Shown one piece after another: positions 35,101 to 47,067 of a stretch of 64,000 nt of DNA. Both the position numbers and the translations under genes were made by a program. The DNA comes from Azolla caroliniana (taxonomy: Eukaryota; Plantae; Polypodiophyta), in assembly GCA_043228905.1 (NCBI GenBank), contig JBHGNT010000005.1, positions 18,662,001 through 18,726,000 of the forward strand. Direction: 5' to 3'. The notes under the pieces were generated by a model. That model had not been told where the DNA came from. It saw nothing but the letters and a program-made list of their open reading frames with translations, and did not search any database. Every line of letters starts with the position of its first letter. The first letter of the stretch is position 1.

Positions 35101-36119
35101 TCATTCGCCTTTTCTATCCATTCAGTGGCCTGTTTCCCGATTGCTTCCTGAGCCTCCCATTCTGACGTTTTTCATTTCGATCGAGTGGTGACTTGTTGAA
35201 TATTGGCCACTTCCGTAGTCACCATATTCACTAGCGGTTGTTTCTCGTTGGTCTTGACAAAACACTGACTGCTATAATGTCCTTCTAGCTGGCAATAGTA
35301 ACAATACACTTTTTGTGTGTTACTAGACTCTGCTTTCCCCCTGTTACCAGACTGAAAGCCGGTTATCGCCCAGTTAGGCTCCTCTATTCTCCGTTGCTCT
35401 GATTGGGTACTAGTCGTGTTTCTCTCCGGCTCTCGTTGATAATCTCTAGCCGGCTCTCGACGCTCGTCTCTTCGGAAATTTCTCCTCCGATTATGGCACC
35501 GGTTATTCTGATATCCTTGCCGGTTTGCATACTCCCCTCTTTGTTCATCCCTCCTTCTGTTATAGTCGGGGGAATAATCGTGATCATACCTATCGCGGTT
35601 GTATTCTCAGCTCTTATCATTACGATCCTGAGCATACTCATCCCGTCTGTCGTCGTATCGAATGTCTTGTATTGGTCAGTAGTGGTCATCTTGCCTGAAC
35701 CGTTCGTCGTCGTTTTGTTGCTCGGTCCGAGGTTCGATCTGTCGAACTGGTGCCGACTGTCGGTTTAGTAGATTATATTCACATCGGTCCATTATGTGTG
35801 ATTGGGAATGACATAACATGCATTTTATTCTCATTGTGCATTCTACCGTTGAGTGACTGGGGTTAAGGCACATTGTGCATTGTACGACCTGTCGAAACCG
35901 GAGGTCTTCTTCTGTAGGGAATGCTCGTTGGAGTGTTCCCATCATCAGCCAAGAACTGTTGTTGTCCATTTCCATGACCCGGTCAATGACTTGGTCTATT
36001 GTGTTGGTTCAGAAATCTATTACCACGCACATTGTTCGGAGAGGTTCTCGAACCGCTGCCAAAAATATCGCTTTCACTTCTTCTTCCAGCGGTGCTTTGG
36101 TGAGTTGATTGTGTAGCGT

Positions 36120-36861
36120 TGTCGTGCCTTTCGGCTACGAATCGTTGTGTGAGTCGGGTGGGAACCACTGAGGTTTTGGACTAGGAGAAAGAAGAATATG
36201 AGATAAGGCTCCTTATGAATGGATTGCAAGAAAGAGAAATATTTGAAGGAAGATATGAAACTCGTGAATCCCATGAGTATAGTTTATTAATTGATACTTA
36301 GAATGTAAGAGAGAAATAGATGGAAAAAATCGTGAATCCCACGAATATATTAGATTGATCAAAATCCTTGTAAAATAATCAACAACCCCCCATACATCTT
36401 TCTCTCCTCCTTATATAAGGATGGAAGAGGCTAAGCATAGCTTCATGCTTTTTCTGAAGTGTTCATGCACACTAAATGTGCATGAGTTGCCTTTTTACAC
36501 TATGCTTTTATTTCCTAAATATAGTGCTCATGCTCGTTAGATGTGCACGAGTCATTTTTTATTGGTGTACATTTTTCTTATAAATAAAGTATTCACGCAT
36601 TCTAAAAAAAAATGCATGACTTACCTTTTAATAAAGGTAGGCGTAAATAAAGGTCTTATATGTATTAAATCTATATTTAGAACATTTAGGATAAGTTAGT
36701 ATAATGGTAAGGTTGGGGTTTGTCTACATTGAGGTATAGGGTTTGAATCTTGCCCTATGCATGTAATAAATATATTTAATATTTTATTTTATTTATTATA
36801 CGTACTTTAAATCGGATATAATATTTTACATATTTCACGTAGTGTGATTCACACTACGACA
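36120..36861 (-). mobile_element. Solo LTR of the TGTCG...CGACA lineage (742 bp)
   Basis: 4-bp TSD GCGT (36116-36119 and 36862-36865). Removing it restores the host gag frame ETMPQFIIRF*TLHNQLTKAPLEEE. Confidence 0.85.
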
Positions 36862-38301
36862 GCGTCTAGAACCGGATGATGAACTGCGGCATGGTTTCTG
36901 TTGGGTCCTGTTGTGTCGTATAGAATTGACCGACGATTTCCCTTTGTTCCACCTATTAGTGGAAGAAGTGCAGAAACTTTGTCTTTAATTCTTCAAATAT
37001 GCCAATACTGTCGGGAAGGTGCTTGTTATGCCATCATGTTGTTGGTCCTTCCAGGGTCATGCCAAATTCTGCTATCTTCGAGTGTTCGACCTCTACTTCG
37101 GTCAACCATTGTAAAACATGATTCGCTTCCCATGTTTGGAGAAAGGCGTAGATGTGGGCCTCCATGTCTGGGTCATCCCGATATTTCGCATATTGGTATG
37201 GCATGGTGTCATCGTCTATCGGTTCTGCCGGAGGTGGTGTCGGTACTCGGTCTTCCTGTTTCTTTGGTGATTTGGGTGGTGATGTCGAAGCCCGTTCCTC
37301 CTAAGTCTCCGATTGGTTGTGTGGTGGTGTAGGCCCTTGCTCGTCCATTTCTTTCACTTGTTGTTCTGAACCTGTTTCGTTGACCGGGGATGCCGGTTTT
37401 GTCGTTTCTAGTTCTAGCGTTCGTATGTTTTCCAAATCGTCATCGCATGGGCCTTCTCGGGTGTCATAACTGCTTCGATAATTGGACTGAACACTATGGT
37501 CCCCGTCTAAATCTGATTCAATAGCCGAGAACGATCCTGAATCTCCCTCACTCGTCGCGAGGGTCTGCATGATGGATTCCGCGTCCCGCAAATTGCTCAA
37601 ATTGCTTCCTTTGTCCGGGTATGGATTATGCTATAACCGGAGTGACTCGTCCGCGACCCACCGAATCACACTGGAAAAAGACTGATCCGATCGGATCTCC
37701 TCAACCGCCTATTGGTAAGCCTCCTGCTTCCGCAGTCTCTCGGCTAGTCTTCTTACTCATTCGGCAACTGGGTCGTTTGTTGGCCTAATCATCCATCCTC
37801 CCGTTGTTTGTTGTTTGATGTAGTAATTGTGGTCGCCAAAGTTGTGTTACTCATGGGCCAGACTTGCCTCTAACACAAGGTGTCCTTTTGGATCACTTCA
37901 CCAAAGGGTGGTTACAGTAAGGGATTAAACACTAACAACTATAACCGGTTATCTTCCGGTTTGGTATCCGGATTGACAACACTCATCGATTACACACGTA
38001 AGATCCATACATTGAGCCCAGAACAGAATAGAAACATAAATATGAACAGGATAACAATAACAAAACTCTCTTATATTAATATTCTATCCCTTAATACATC
38101 GATACCCGAATCCATTTATAGGCCTCCGGTTTTGTGTTACAAAACGGTGCCTAACCGGTAACCGGCTACGAACCGGTCCGGATCCGGATCGGCATACCTA
38201 TTCTAGTTCCTATAATAATTCTTACTATTAATATTATTATCATATCTAGAAACCGGCTCATCCCTTTTCCTATTACATACTTTGGCCGCCATTGGCCAAC
38301 A

Positions 38302-38900
38302 ATCTTTACGGCCTGAAACAGGGACTGCGATAGTGGTATAAGAAGTTTGATGACTTCATTTAGTCGGTCGGCTTCTCGAAGAGCGATGAGGACCATTGTC
38401 TCTTCACGAAAACAGCTCGAGATGGGTCACCCATCTTCCTCATCATCTACGTGGATGGCATGCTAATCTCCGATCTCCGGCTTGCCGAACTCGTTCGGCA
38501 ACTACGGTTGAAGTTTGCCATGAAGGACCTCGGTCCGGCAAGGCACATTCTCGGCATGAAGATCAATCGGAATTGAAATCGAAGAGAATTCTTTCTATCC
38601 CAATCTGACTATATTACCCGTGTCCTTGAACGCTTCAACATGCAATTGGCTAAACCCACTTTGACTCCACTCCCCATTAGCCTTCGGCTGTCTCAGCGAG
38701 ATTGCCCGACATTCGGTTTGGAGGGGGACATTATGAAGTTGGTACCATATGCACCAGCAATCGGCACCTTAATGTAGGTGATGGTCACAACACGGCCTGA
38801 CATTGCTCACGTCGTAGGAGTTGTCAGCAGATTCATGCACAACCCTGGCCAATTGCACTGGAACGCAGTAAAGCATGTGTTCAGATATATGGAGGACACA
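38302..38900 (+). pseudogene. Copia RT fragment
   Basis: Motifs LYGLKQ, IYVDGML, MKDLGPARHILGM, PYAPAIG and TRPDIAHVV. Confidence 0.85.
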
Positions 38901-39599
38901 AAAGACCCTAAACCCTAAACCCTTTAAGAAAATGCAACAATAGAGATTGCAACAAAAGAGTTGAAACTTCATATAACAAAAGATTATCTCATGTTACGCT
39001 TAATGTTAGATCAAGCTATTTGCTTTCTTCATGTTATAATAAACACTGAATAGTATGAAGATTGATTTTTTTGCTCTATCTAAAACATAATTAGAGATTA
39101 GTTAGACATAATAAACAAAAGTAGAGGTTAGATAGACATAAAAAACAGAACCAAAGATAAATAATAATAAACAGAACAAATTAGAGAAAGAAAAATAGAA
39201 ATTTACACATTTTCAATGCTTTTTGAAGAAGAATACCATAATAAACAGAAATTTTCTGAAATTAAAGTTTTGTGGAGAATGTTTAGATAATACACAAAAA
39301 ACTTTTAGTTTTTTGGAATGAAATCCTAGAGCTTATGACCAACAATCGATCATATAGAGTTCACGTTTGCATTTAAGTTTGTATCTACTATTTACAACAA
39401 AGTGAAAAATATAAGAAAAATATGAAAAACCTCTACATAAACTAATGCTCCTCTTTTAGTTTCCAATGTTTACTTTCAGCTTGAATTACGGATTCCTGGA
39501 TTCATTATAAAATATGTAAAAAAAGTAATTAGTAATAAAAAAATAAAAGAATAAAATAAAAACAAATTCGTAAAAGTATGCACGAAGAAATTACAATGT

Positions 39600-41900
39600 C
39601 TTCGAGGATCTCCAATTGCAACTTGCATTTCATGGACTTGTGAAAAAGTATCACGATTTGTGTACCATGTACATATCAAAAACATAAAATAAGTAATGAA
39701 AAATCAAATTAAAGAATGAATTAAAAGGTATGCACACCTTATCTCCCATGACTATCATGTAACATGTAATCTATTACCTCGTCTTCACCAACAAGATCAT
39801 CTAGAGTAAATTTGAGTTCTTTATAATCCATGTGAAAGTTATCTGTTATTTGAACATCAGATTCTTGCAAAACTTCCATCCATGATTGAATACACATTTC
39901 AGCCTTGAATGTGCATGAATGTAGTTTGATCCTATCATCAAAGGTCATTTTTGCTGCTGAATTTGCCTCTTTAGCAGGTACTGATGATGCCGGTATCGCA
40001 AGGTAATCACATGTCATCCTATATAGTTGTGGCATTGCATATTTATTATCATGCCACCATTGTAAAGGATCCTTGTTTATGCTAGCTAAAGGAAGTCTTA
40101 TGAAGTGCTCAAATTCTGATTGTGAATAAGAAACAAGACTTTTATTATGTGCACCCATTAACCTCCAAATTTTAGAGTTATTACCAATAGGTTGTATTGT
40201 AGTTGAAGGTGGCTCAACACTACTCGAGAATGAGTGGTAATGGGACTCAATCATGCCTTCAACCAGCTTAATATCCAACTCTCTTTCTATATGGTCATTT
40301 GGAATAGGCAATCTATAAAGGAATGAAAAATATTATTAAACTCAAATAAAATATCAGAAAGCATGAAGACAATTGTAAAACTTAAAGGAAAGTATTACCT
40401 AGGATCAAGAAACATTGCAATGCGCAATGGAATAGACTTTAACGATTATTGATACTTAATTAGATATTGTAAACAGTTCTCAGACACTTTTTGAAGCACC
40501 TCTTGTGTGAATCTAGATTATCCCGGAAGTGAAGAATCTAAAAACTAATTACAATGATTAAGTAAACAATTATAAGCTAGTGATGCTAGTGATCATGTAG
40601 GATATCTTGATCCTCCTAGAAAGGTAGAAACCTTTGCAAGTGTATCTAGTCATTCCTCCATAGCATGTATGTGACTCCAATCTTCTCCGGTCAAGATATA
40701 ACCATTGAAATCACTTGAAATTGTTAGATCTGAAATTGTAAAATTCAATATATCTCTATCCTTGATAGCTTGCCTAAACATCTCCAAAGTAGAATTCCAT
40801 CTTGTAACAACATCAAGCCTTGAAGGTTCCTTTTCACGATGTTCAACCATCCTACCATACTTCCTAAACACTTCCCTTCGAAGCTTGCTAGATCTAATAG
40901 TATGGAGCATTGTTCTCAACTTTTCCGGTGAGGGTGAGATAACCATAACACTCTCTTTCTATATGCTGACTTGATGCCAAACTGAAAAGTGTGCATCATA
41001 CACCTTAACATATGTGAGGGAACCAAGATTTCCTTACCATGTTCATTTTGTAACAACATGCTCAACTCTTTTGCAGTGCTTGTGCATCACTAACTCCATC
41101 AAAAATTGTAGCTAATAATCGACTTGAAATATTAAAAGATCGAAGTCAACAAAAGCGGACATGTGCACAACATTTCCCTTATCCAACACCTTGAAATACA
41201 TGCACAAAATCCAATAGCATTGACCTTGATCTTGTTGTCTCGTGACATGCCCAATGAAGTGTCACTGAGTAGAATCCCTTTAGACTACAATTTGACCAAC
41301 CATCAAAAGTAATAGAAAATCTTGATTGGCTTTTTGATATCAAATTTATCACTTGATGGCGCAACACCACATACATTTCTAAGATGGAATGTTTAATTGT
41401 GCGTCTTGTATTCATCTTATATCCAGGTACAAGTTGTTGTACGAACTCTTTAAATGCATGTGATTCCACGTGTGAATGGGGCAAAGTTCCCTTGACAATA
41501 TACTTCGTGATGGAACCATCAATTTTCTTCTCTAAAACACGAGATACTTTTTTAGTAGACTCTATAGAAGACTGAATAATCTTCAAAATACCTGAATTTT
41601 GATTTGGTTCGTCTGATAGATGATGCTTTTTCGTTAAATGCTTAGCTATCATACTTTTGGATATTGTTGAAGACTAACAAACATGACAATGATGGCATCG
41701 CCGTCGAGGTGTGTCATTATCCATATAAGATATGATGTGAGCATCTGTCCATGATGTACGTTGCCTTTTTCTTGACATGCTTTTTTGCCCATGGCTAACA
41801 TTAATTGACGATGAGTCCATTGCTGCATGAGATTGAGAAGATGGTTCCATTTAATGTTGTTCCTATAAAACATAAAAAAAGAAAGCATGATTATGTATAT
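39600..41900 (-). pseudogene. hAT transposase, degenerate
   Basis: BED finger (RRRCHHC...KHLTKKH), FSITFDGWS, LDVVTRWNST, LDPR followed by a GT-AG intron (40313-40398), and hATC domain DPLQWW...LAIPASSV. Contains stops and frameshifts. Confidence 0.88.
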
Positions 41901-42549
41901 AATACACATCATTTGTCCATAAGATAGTAACTACCATGACTATGACTCATATATGCATCCTCTTATTAATTAAAATGTTCATATTGCATACACACATCTA
42001 CCACATATTCTTTATCATACCCTATAAGCCATGTGCATGCATGTTCATATCAAATTTGCATAATCATAATTACATGGGATAGTAAAATGTCCAAAACCAT
42101 TAACCCTATGTATTAATGATATTTTTTTCCTTCCCTTGAGTTGTCATGATGAATAAGAGAAATTTGGCCTTTGCAAAAGAAGTCCCACATTGGATTCATT
42201 GGCAATACGGTAGAAGAAGAAGAACAAGAGAAGGCCCACAAACAAGAAGGAAAAAGAAAGACAAGAAGAGGAAGATTGACTTGGGACGGAGATAACAATA
42301 TGTGGGGCCATAAGGGATACTATGAAAGGACAAGAAATACATGCCAACATTTCGTGACAATTTGTTCAATGAAGCAAGTGGAGAAATGCGAAGTTTGGCA
42401 TATGGGCATTTAAGCAAGTTATGGAGGTGGATGGAAATTGCGTTGCTGCATATATGTACATGGAAAGTATGTATACGGGTAGCTGGAATGTGAATGGATG
42501 ACAATAAAAAATGAAAGTTAAGAATCAAGAACACGGCATGGGTGCTATC

Positions 42550-43647
42550 TAGGGATCGGCAACGGCTCGGCTCAAGCCTAAACCGTTTGGCTTAGCCGGC
42601 TTGAAAACGGCTTAGCGGCTTAGCGGCTCGGCTCGGCTCGGTTTAGGCTTGAACTTGCCTTAACGGTTTGAGCTCGGCTCGGCTTGAGCCTCGCCAAACC
42701 GGCTCAAGCCGGCTAAGCCGGCTAAACCGTTTAAGCCGTTTATAAACTTTAGAGAGGGGGAGAGAGACAACAGACAAGGGGAAAGAGAGAGAGAGAGTAA
42801 GGGAGGGAGAACTACATAGACGAGGAGAGAGAGACAGAGGGAGGGAGACAACATATAAGGAGAGAGAGAGAGAGAGAGAGGGAGGGAGACAACATATAAG
42901 GAGAGAGAGAGAGAGAGAGTACACAAACGAGGAGAGAGGGAGGGAGACAACATATAAGGAGAGAGAGAGAGAGAGACTACACAAACGAGGAGAGAGAGAG
43001 GGAGGGAGACAACATATAAGGAGAGAGAGAGAGAGAGAGAGGAACTACATAGAGGGGAGAGACAGAGAGACTACACAGAGGGGAGAGAGAGAGAGAGAGA
43101 GGAACTACATAGAGGGGAGAGAGAGAGAGACTACATAGAGGGGAGAGAGAGAGAGAGAGAGGAACTACATAGAGGGGAGAGAGAGAGAGACTACATAGAG
43201 GGGAGAGAGAGAGAGAGATGAACTACATAGAGGGGAGAGAGAGAGAGAGGGAGGGAGAGTCGAGACCATAGACGTGAGAGACAGAGAGAGAGAGGAACTA
43301 CATAGAGGGGAGAGAGAGAGGATTTACATAGAGGGGAGAGAGAGGGAGAGGGAGAGAGGGAGAGGGAGAGAGAGTCGAGACCACAAAAGTGAGAGAGAGT
43401 GGGAGGGATCATCTGAGAGAGAGAGGGAGGTAGGGAGAGAGAGAGAGAGAGAGACAGAGGTTTCTAAACCGGTTTACAAGCCGTTTACCAAGCCGGTTCA
43501 CAAACCGGTTTAGCCTAAACCGGTTTGTGAACCGGCTCGGCTCGGCTCGGCTCAGGTTTGAGATCCTGTAAACGGTTTAGGCTTAGCCGGTTTGGCTTGG
43601 ATCAGGCCAAACCGGCTAAGCCTAAACCGAACCGTTGCCGATCCCTA
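42550..43647. mobile_element. Non-autonomous hAT element (MITE-like), 1098 bp
   Basis: 16-bp TIR TAGGGATCGGCAACGG, 8-bp TSD GTGCTATC (42542-42549 and 43648-43655), AAACCG/GGCTC subterminal motifs. Confidence 0.95.
42750..43460. repeat. Compound GA microsatellite/minisatellite (e.g. ACTACATAGAGGG(GA)n units)
   Basis: Visible ~22-60 bp periodic units. Confidence 0.9.
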
Positions 43648-44399
43648 GTGCTATCATGAAGTTGTTGGTAAACCGATTACAATCAGAATGTGTATTCACT
43701 TATTGTAACCAATCAAAGCCATCATCCCCTGTTTGTTTTGTATTGGCAAATGTCATGCAGTATTTCAAACGATAAAAAACAAAGTATGTTCTGTGTTTGT
43801 AGTGATCATCACAAAATGAATGTGCAGTTCATTCCAACCATTAGGAGTGTTTTGAACTCCTAATAAGGCCTTGCTTGAAATACCATGTCATATCAATACT
43901 TCTACAGTGGGGGTGGCCTAAGGTTTAGGTAGATGCTATGAAATCCCTATCATATGTCTGTCATTGAAAGATCTTCGTGAGAGAAACCTATAACATTGAG
44001 GAGTGTGCATTTGCAGGGGTTCTAGTGTGATTGTTATGAACTTATCCCAAACAAGAAACCCAAAAAGTTTCCCAACTTTACTCTCTATGTTGCTGGTTGA
44101 GAGGAAATCATTTGGGAAATACTCCAAATATCAAAGATCGTATCTCTCCAGTGGGTCCACTTTCACCTGCTGATGCCATAGTGCAGCTGCATATCCTTTT
44201 CCTAATTATTCTGTCTCCTATCGTGGTAAATGTGCAATACTGCTACGATTCTGATACCATGCCATAAACATCCCTTTTTGACATAACAAATTGCTCAATT
44301 GAACTGAATATATGACACCAAAATTAAAGGAAGCAACAAGAGAGTGTGTGTGTGTATGAGAGTGCCTAAACACAGATCCTCACCAACTTAATTCTTTGA

Positions 44400-45180
44400 T
44401 TGCAGGATATATCGTTAATGGCCTCGGTCATGAAGCATTATAATGCTTTATCTAGATGCAAGATGTTGGAGTGTTGTCTGGTATGGTAATCTATGCTCTA
44501 TTTTAAAAGGTTGTGGCATGGTGGGGTGTCTAGAGATCGGGGGGCATGTCTAGAGGCCGATGTCAGAAAACGAGGGGGGCTTATTGCAGGAGGATTTTGT
44601 GCTTGGCATTGCTTTGGTTGACACATATGCCAAGTGTAGTGCAATGGAGAAAGCATGCAAAGCACTTGAATAGCTTCCAGCTCGCGATGTTGTTTTTAGT
44701 AATGTGATGATCTCAAGATATAGACGCAATGGTCGCGGGGATGAGGCATTCAAATGATTCGAACAGATGAAAGATATATGTGTGTTAGGGTGTAGGTGTT
44801 TATGGTGACGTACATGTGTTGTTTAAAGGTGTGGCCCTAGAGATTGGGAAAGGTATAGATTTGGATGTCTGAAAGCGAGATCTATAGCAGAAGAAAAATG
44901 TCATCCTGTGGGACACATTGGTGGACATGTATGCCAACTACGGTGAACTAGAGAAAGCACGAGAAATCTGGTTCCTTGGAGAAAACAAGAAAATTGTTGA
45001 GACACTTCTGATTTGGAGTGTCGTGTCTTGGAGTTCATTGATTGCTAGATATGCAAAATTAGATCATACTCATGTCGCTTTGGAACTATATAGAAGAATG
45101 AAGACAGAAGGTATTGCGCGAGATTTGGTTCTCTACACAATTTTGCTGACTGCATCTTGTCTTGTTATAGGTCTTGTGAA
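44400..45180 (+). pseudogene. PLS-class pentatricopeptide repeat (PPR) pseudogene
   Basis: ALVDTYAKCSAMEKA...RDVV, LVDMYANYGELEKA and VVSWSSLIARYAK, with many stops and frameshifts. Confidence 0.85.
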
Positions 45181-46079
45181 GGAGGTACCTACAGGCTGCG
45201 AGGAGGTGGTGTACTACCGTCCATTGCTTCCAAATAGGTCTCTCTTATCAAAGGGATTGTTGTGACCCCAGGGATAGAGAGGTAGGAAGCTTACTGATGG
45301 ACATATAAGATAGATAAATGGCTGCCCAGTGTTCGTCTTAGATGAGAGAACCAAGGAGGTCATTGTTCTCTTGGAATGGGGACACAAATAAAACCAAAGG
45401 TTCTTCTCTACACGGCAGGGCAGGATAGCAGGAGGTTTCCTGGCCGAGAACAATTAACGAGTGCTTTGAGTGAAGCAGAGGGTAGTGGGTTCTCCCAATT
45501 AGGCAATTGGGCCACATGATTTATAGAGGACAACTCTAGATCTAAGATCTAGTGGGAAAGGCCTATTTGACCGGCGAGCTGCCTCCACCCCGCCATGAAC
45601 ATATGTACGAGGTGGATTAACTTGAGGTGTGGAGAGGAGAGGAAGGGTTGATGTTTTGGAAGAGCTAAGAGAAGTCTCGAACGTGATCTTCTATAACTTA
45701 CATGTACTATACATACTAATTTGAGAAGTGGAGCAACCCACTCCCGTGTTGTATGTACGTTGTGTCTTTAATTTTGTCCCTGTTTGACTTTGTTTTTCTT
45801 TTAGTTTGGTGTAGGATCTCTTGGGCTTAAGGGATAATTAGGTTAAACTTTGGGCAAACTGTGATTGAGCTGGGAGGATATCATGACATACAAGAATATA
45901 TATATTGTAGCTCTACATTTGTAAGGGGCCGGTTCCAAGATTTGGCCCATCCTCTTTTCTTTCTTCCCACCTGATTTAGAGCACCGTATGATTAAGGAAG
46001 GAGGCACCATGTGATTAGTTTGGTTTTAGTATATATAATCCTTCGACTACAAGGAGATGGCAGTCATGATCGTAACCAA

Positions 46080-46400
46080 TTACACTAATTCAAAACCCTA
46101 ACCATTGTGAGACTAGAGAATCCTGAATCCTTATGTAAAACCACCCTAGCCATTGTAATTTATGATTACAGTAATACCAAACCCTAACTTAATGTGAGGC
46201 TAGAGAATCCTGAATCCTAATGCAAAGCCCTAATCATTGTAAATCTTATTGTTAAGAGTCTTAACACGAAAAATGGTAACCAATATGAGTATAGAGAACC
46301 TAGAACCTAATACAAAGCCCTAAACATTGGGAGGCCAGATATTTTGAATCCTCAATAGGTCCAAAAATGCCTAAATCCCTATCGTCTTTGTGAATTCGGC
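46080..46400. repeat. Degenerate tandem repeats (AAACCCTAA...TAGAGAATCCTGAATCC)
   Basis: Motif recurs at ~46093, 46180, 46290 and 46315. Confidence 0.55.
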
Positions 46401-46859
46401 CGAATGTAGAGTAGAGAATTCATAGATCCTTAGATTGAACATATGAGTCTATAACCCTCAGCTAGACACAGAAAGCCTATTCCTTGCTACTCCATAAAAC
46501 CCTACCTTCACCAAACACAAACCCTATTCCTATTCATACATGCTTAGATCGAACACACATCCTTAGATTCATACATCCCTAGATATGAGCATGTTGATAC
46601 TTGTAGGAGGATGAGATGAGAGAGAGAGAGGGGGTGTTTATTTCAAGAATCATACTTGTGTAACGTGCTATAGTAGACTGCAGACTGTAGTAAGAACTTG
46701 GAAGAGGACTAAGGAGTCAGGAGTCAGGATGAGGAGGAGGTAGTAGTCTACAGGGGTAGCGTAGGAGAGAGTATGTACTATGGAGGCTCGCAGAAACAGA
46801 GTCAGGAGTCAAGACTTATAAGTTAGAAATCGAATGTTAGAGGGAAAATTTAGGATTAT

Positions 46860-47065
46860 TATTTTTAAACCTAAAAACCTAAAAACCAAACCTTTAAACC
46901 AAAACCAATAAACTGATAAGACTTTAAACCACTAAACCCAAAAACTGAACCGAACCGAATAGTATACTTTGAAACCAAACCAAACTAATTATTTTACTTT
47001 GAACCGATAAACCATTAAGCCACGGCTTAGCATTTTGGTTCGGTTTGAGCTGAAACCGGGCCCAT
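46860..47065. mobile_element. Probable hAT-MITE end remnant
   Basis: Dense AAACC/AACCG motifs. No TIR or TSD resolved. Confidence 0.4.
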
Positions 47066-47067
47066 TG

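Larger units (their letters stand above)
7701..38301 (-). mobile_element. Degenerate non-chromovirus gypsy (Tat/Athila-like), 3'-truncated; own sequence at 7701-7904 and 32854-38301
   Basis: 5' LTR ~37843-38301 and PBS TGGCGACCACA at 37828-37838 (tRNA-Arg-like). Gag, protease (TITDGGSGVNVI), RT (CVDYWKLN) and IN (ITDQGGHF, YYPHANGLAE). The IN tail IPSLRIQ|VREWLSEKESE rejoins across the 7905-32853 insertion. Confidence 0.8.

Noticed and set aside
39739-41912. Domesticated hAT gene (DAYSLEEPER-like)
   Set aside because: Multiple stops and frameshifts indicate decay.
42643-43513. SL- and ER-rich ORFs
   Set aside because: They are translations of the GA microsatellite.
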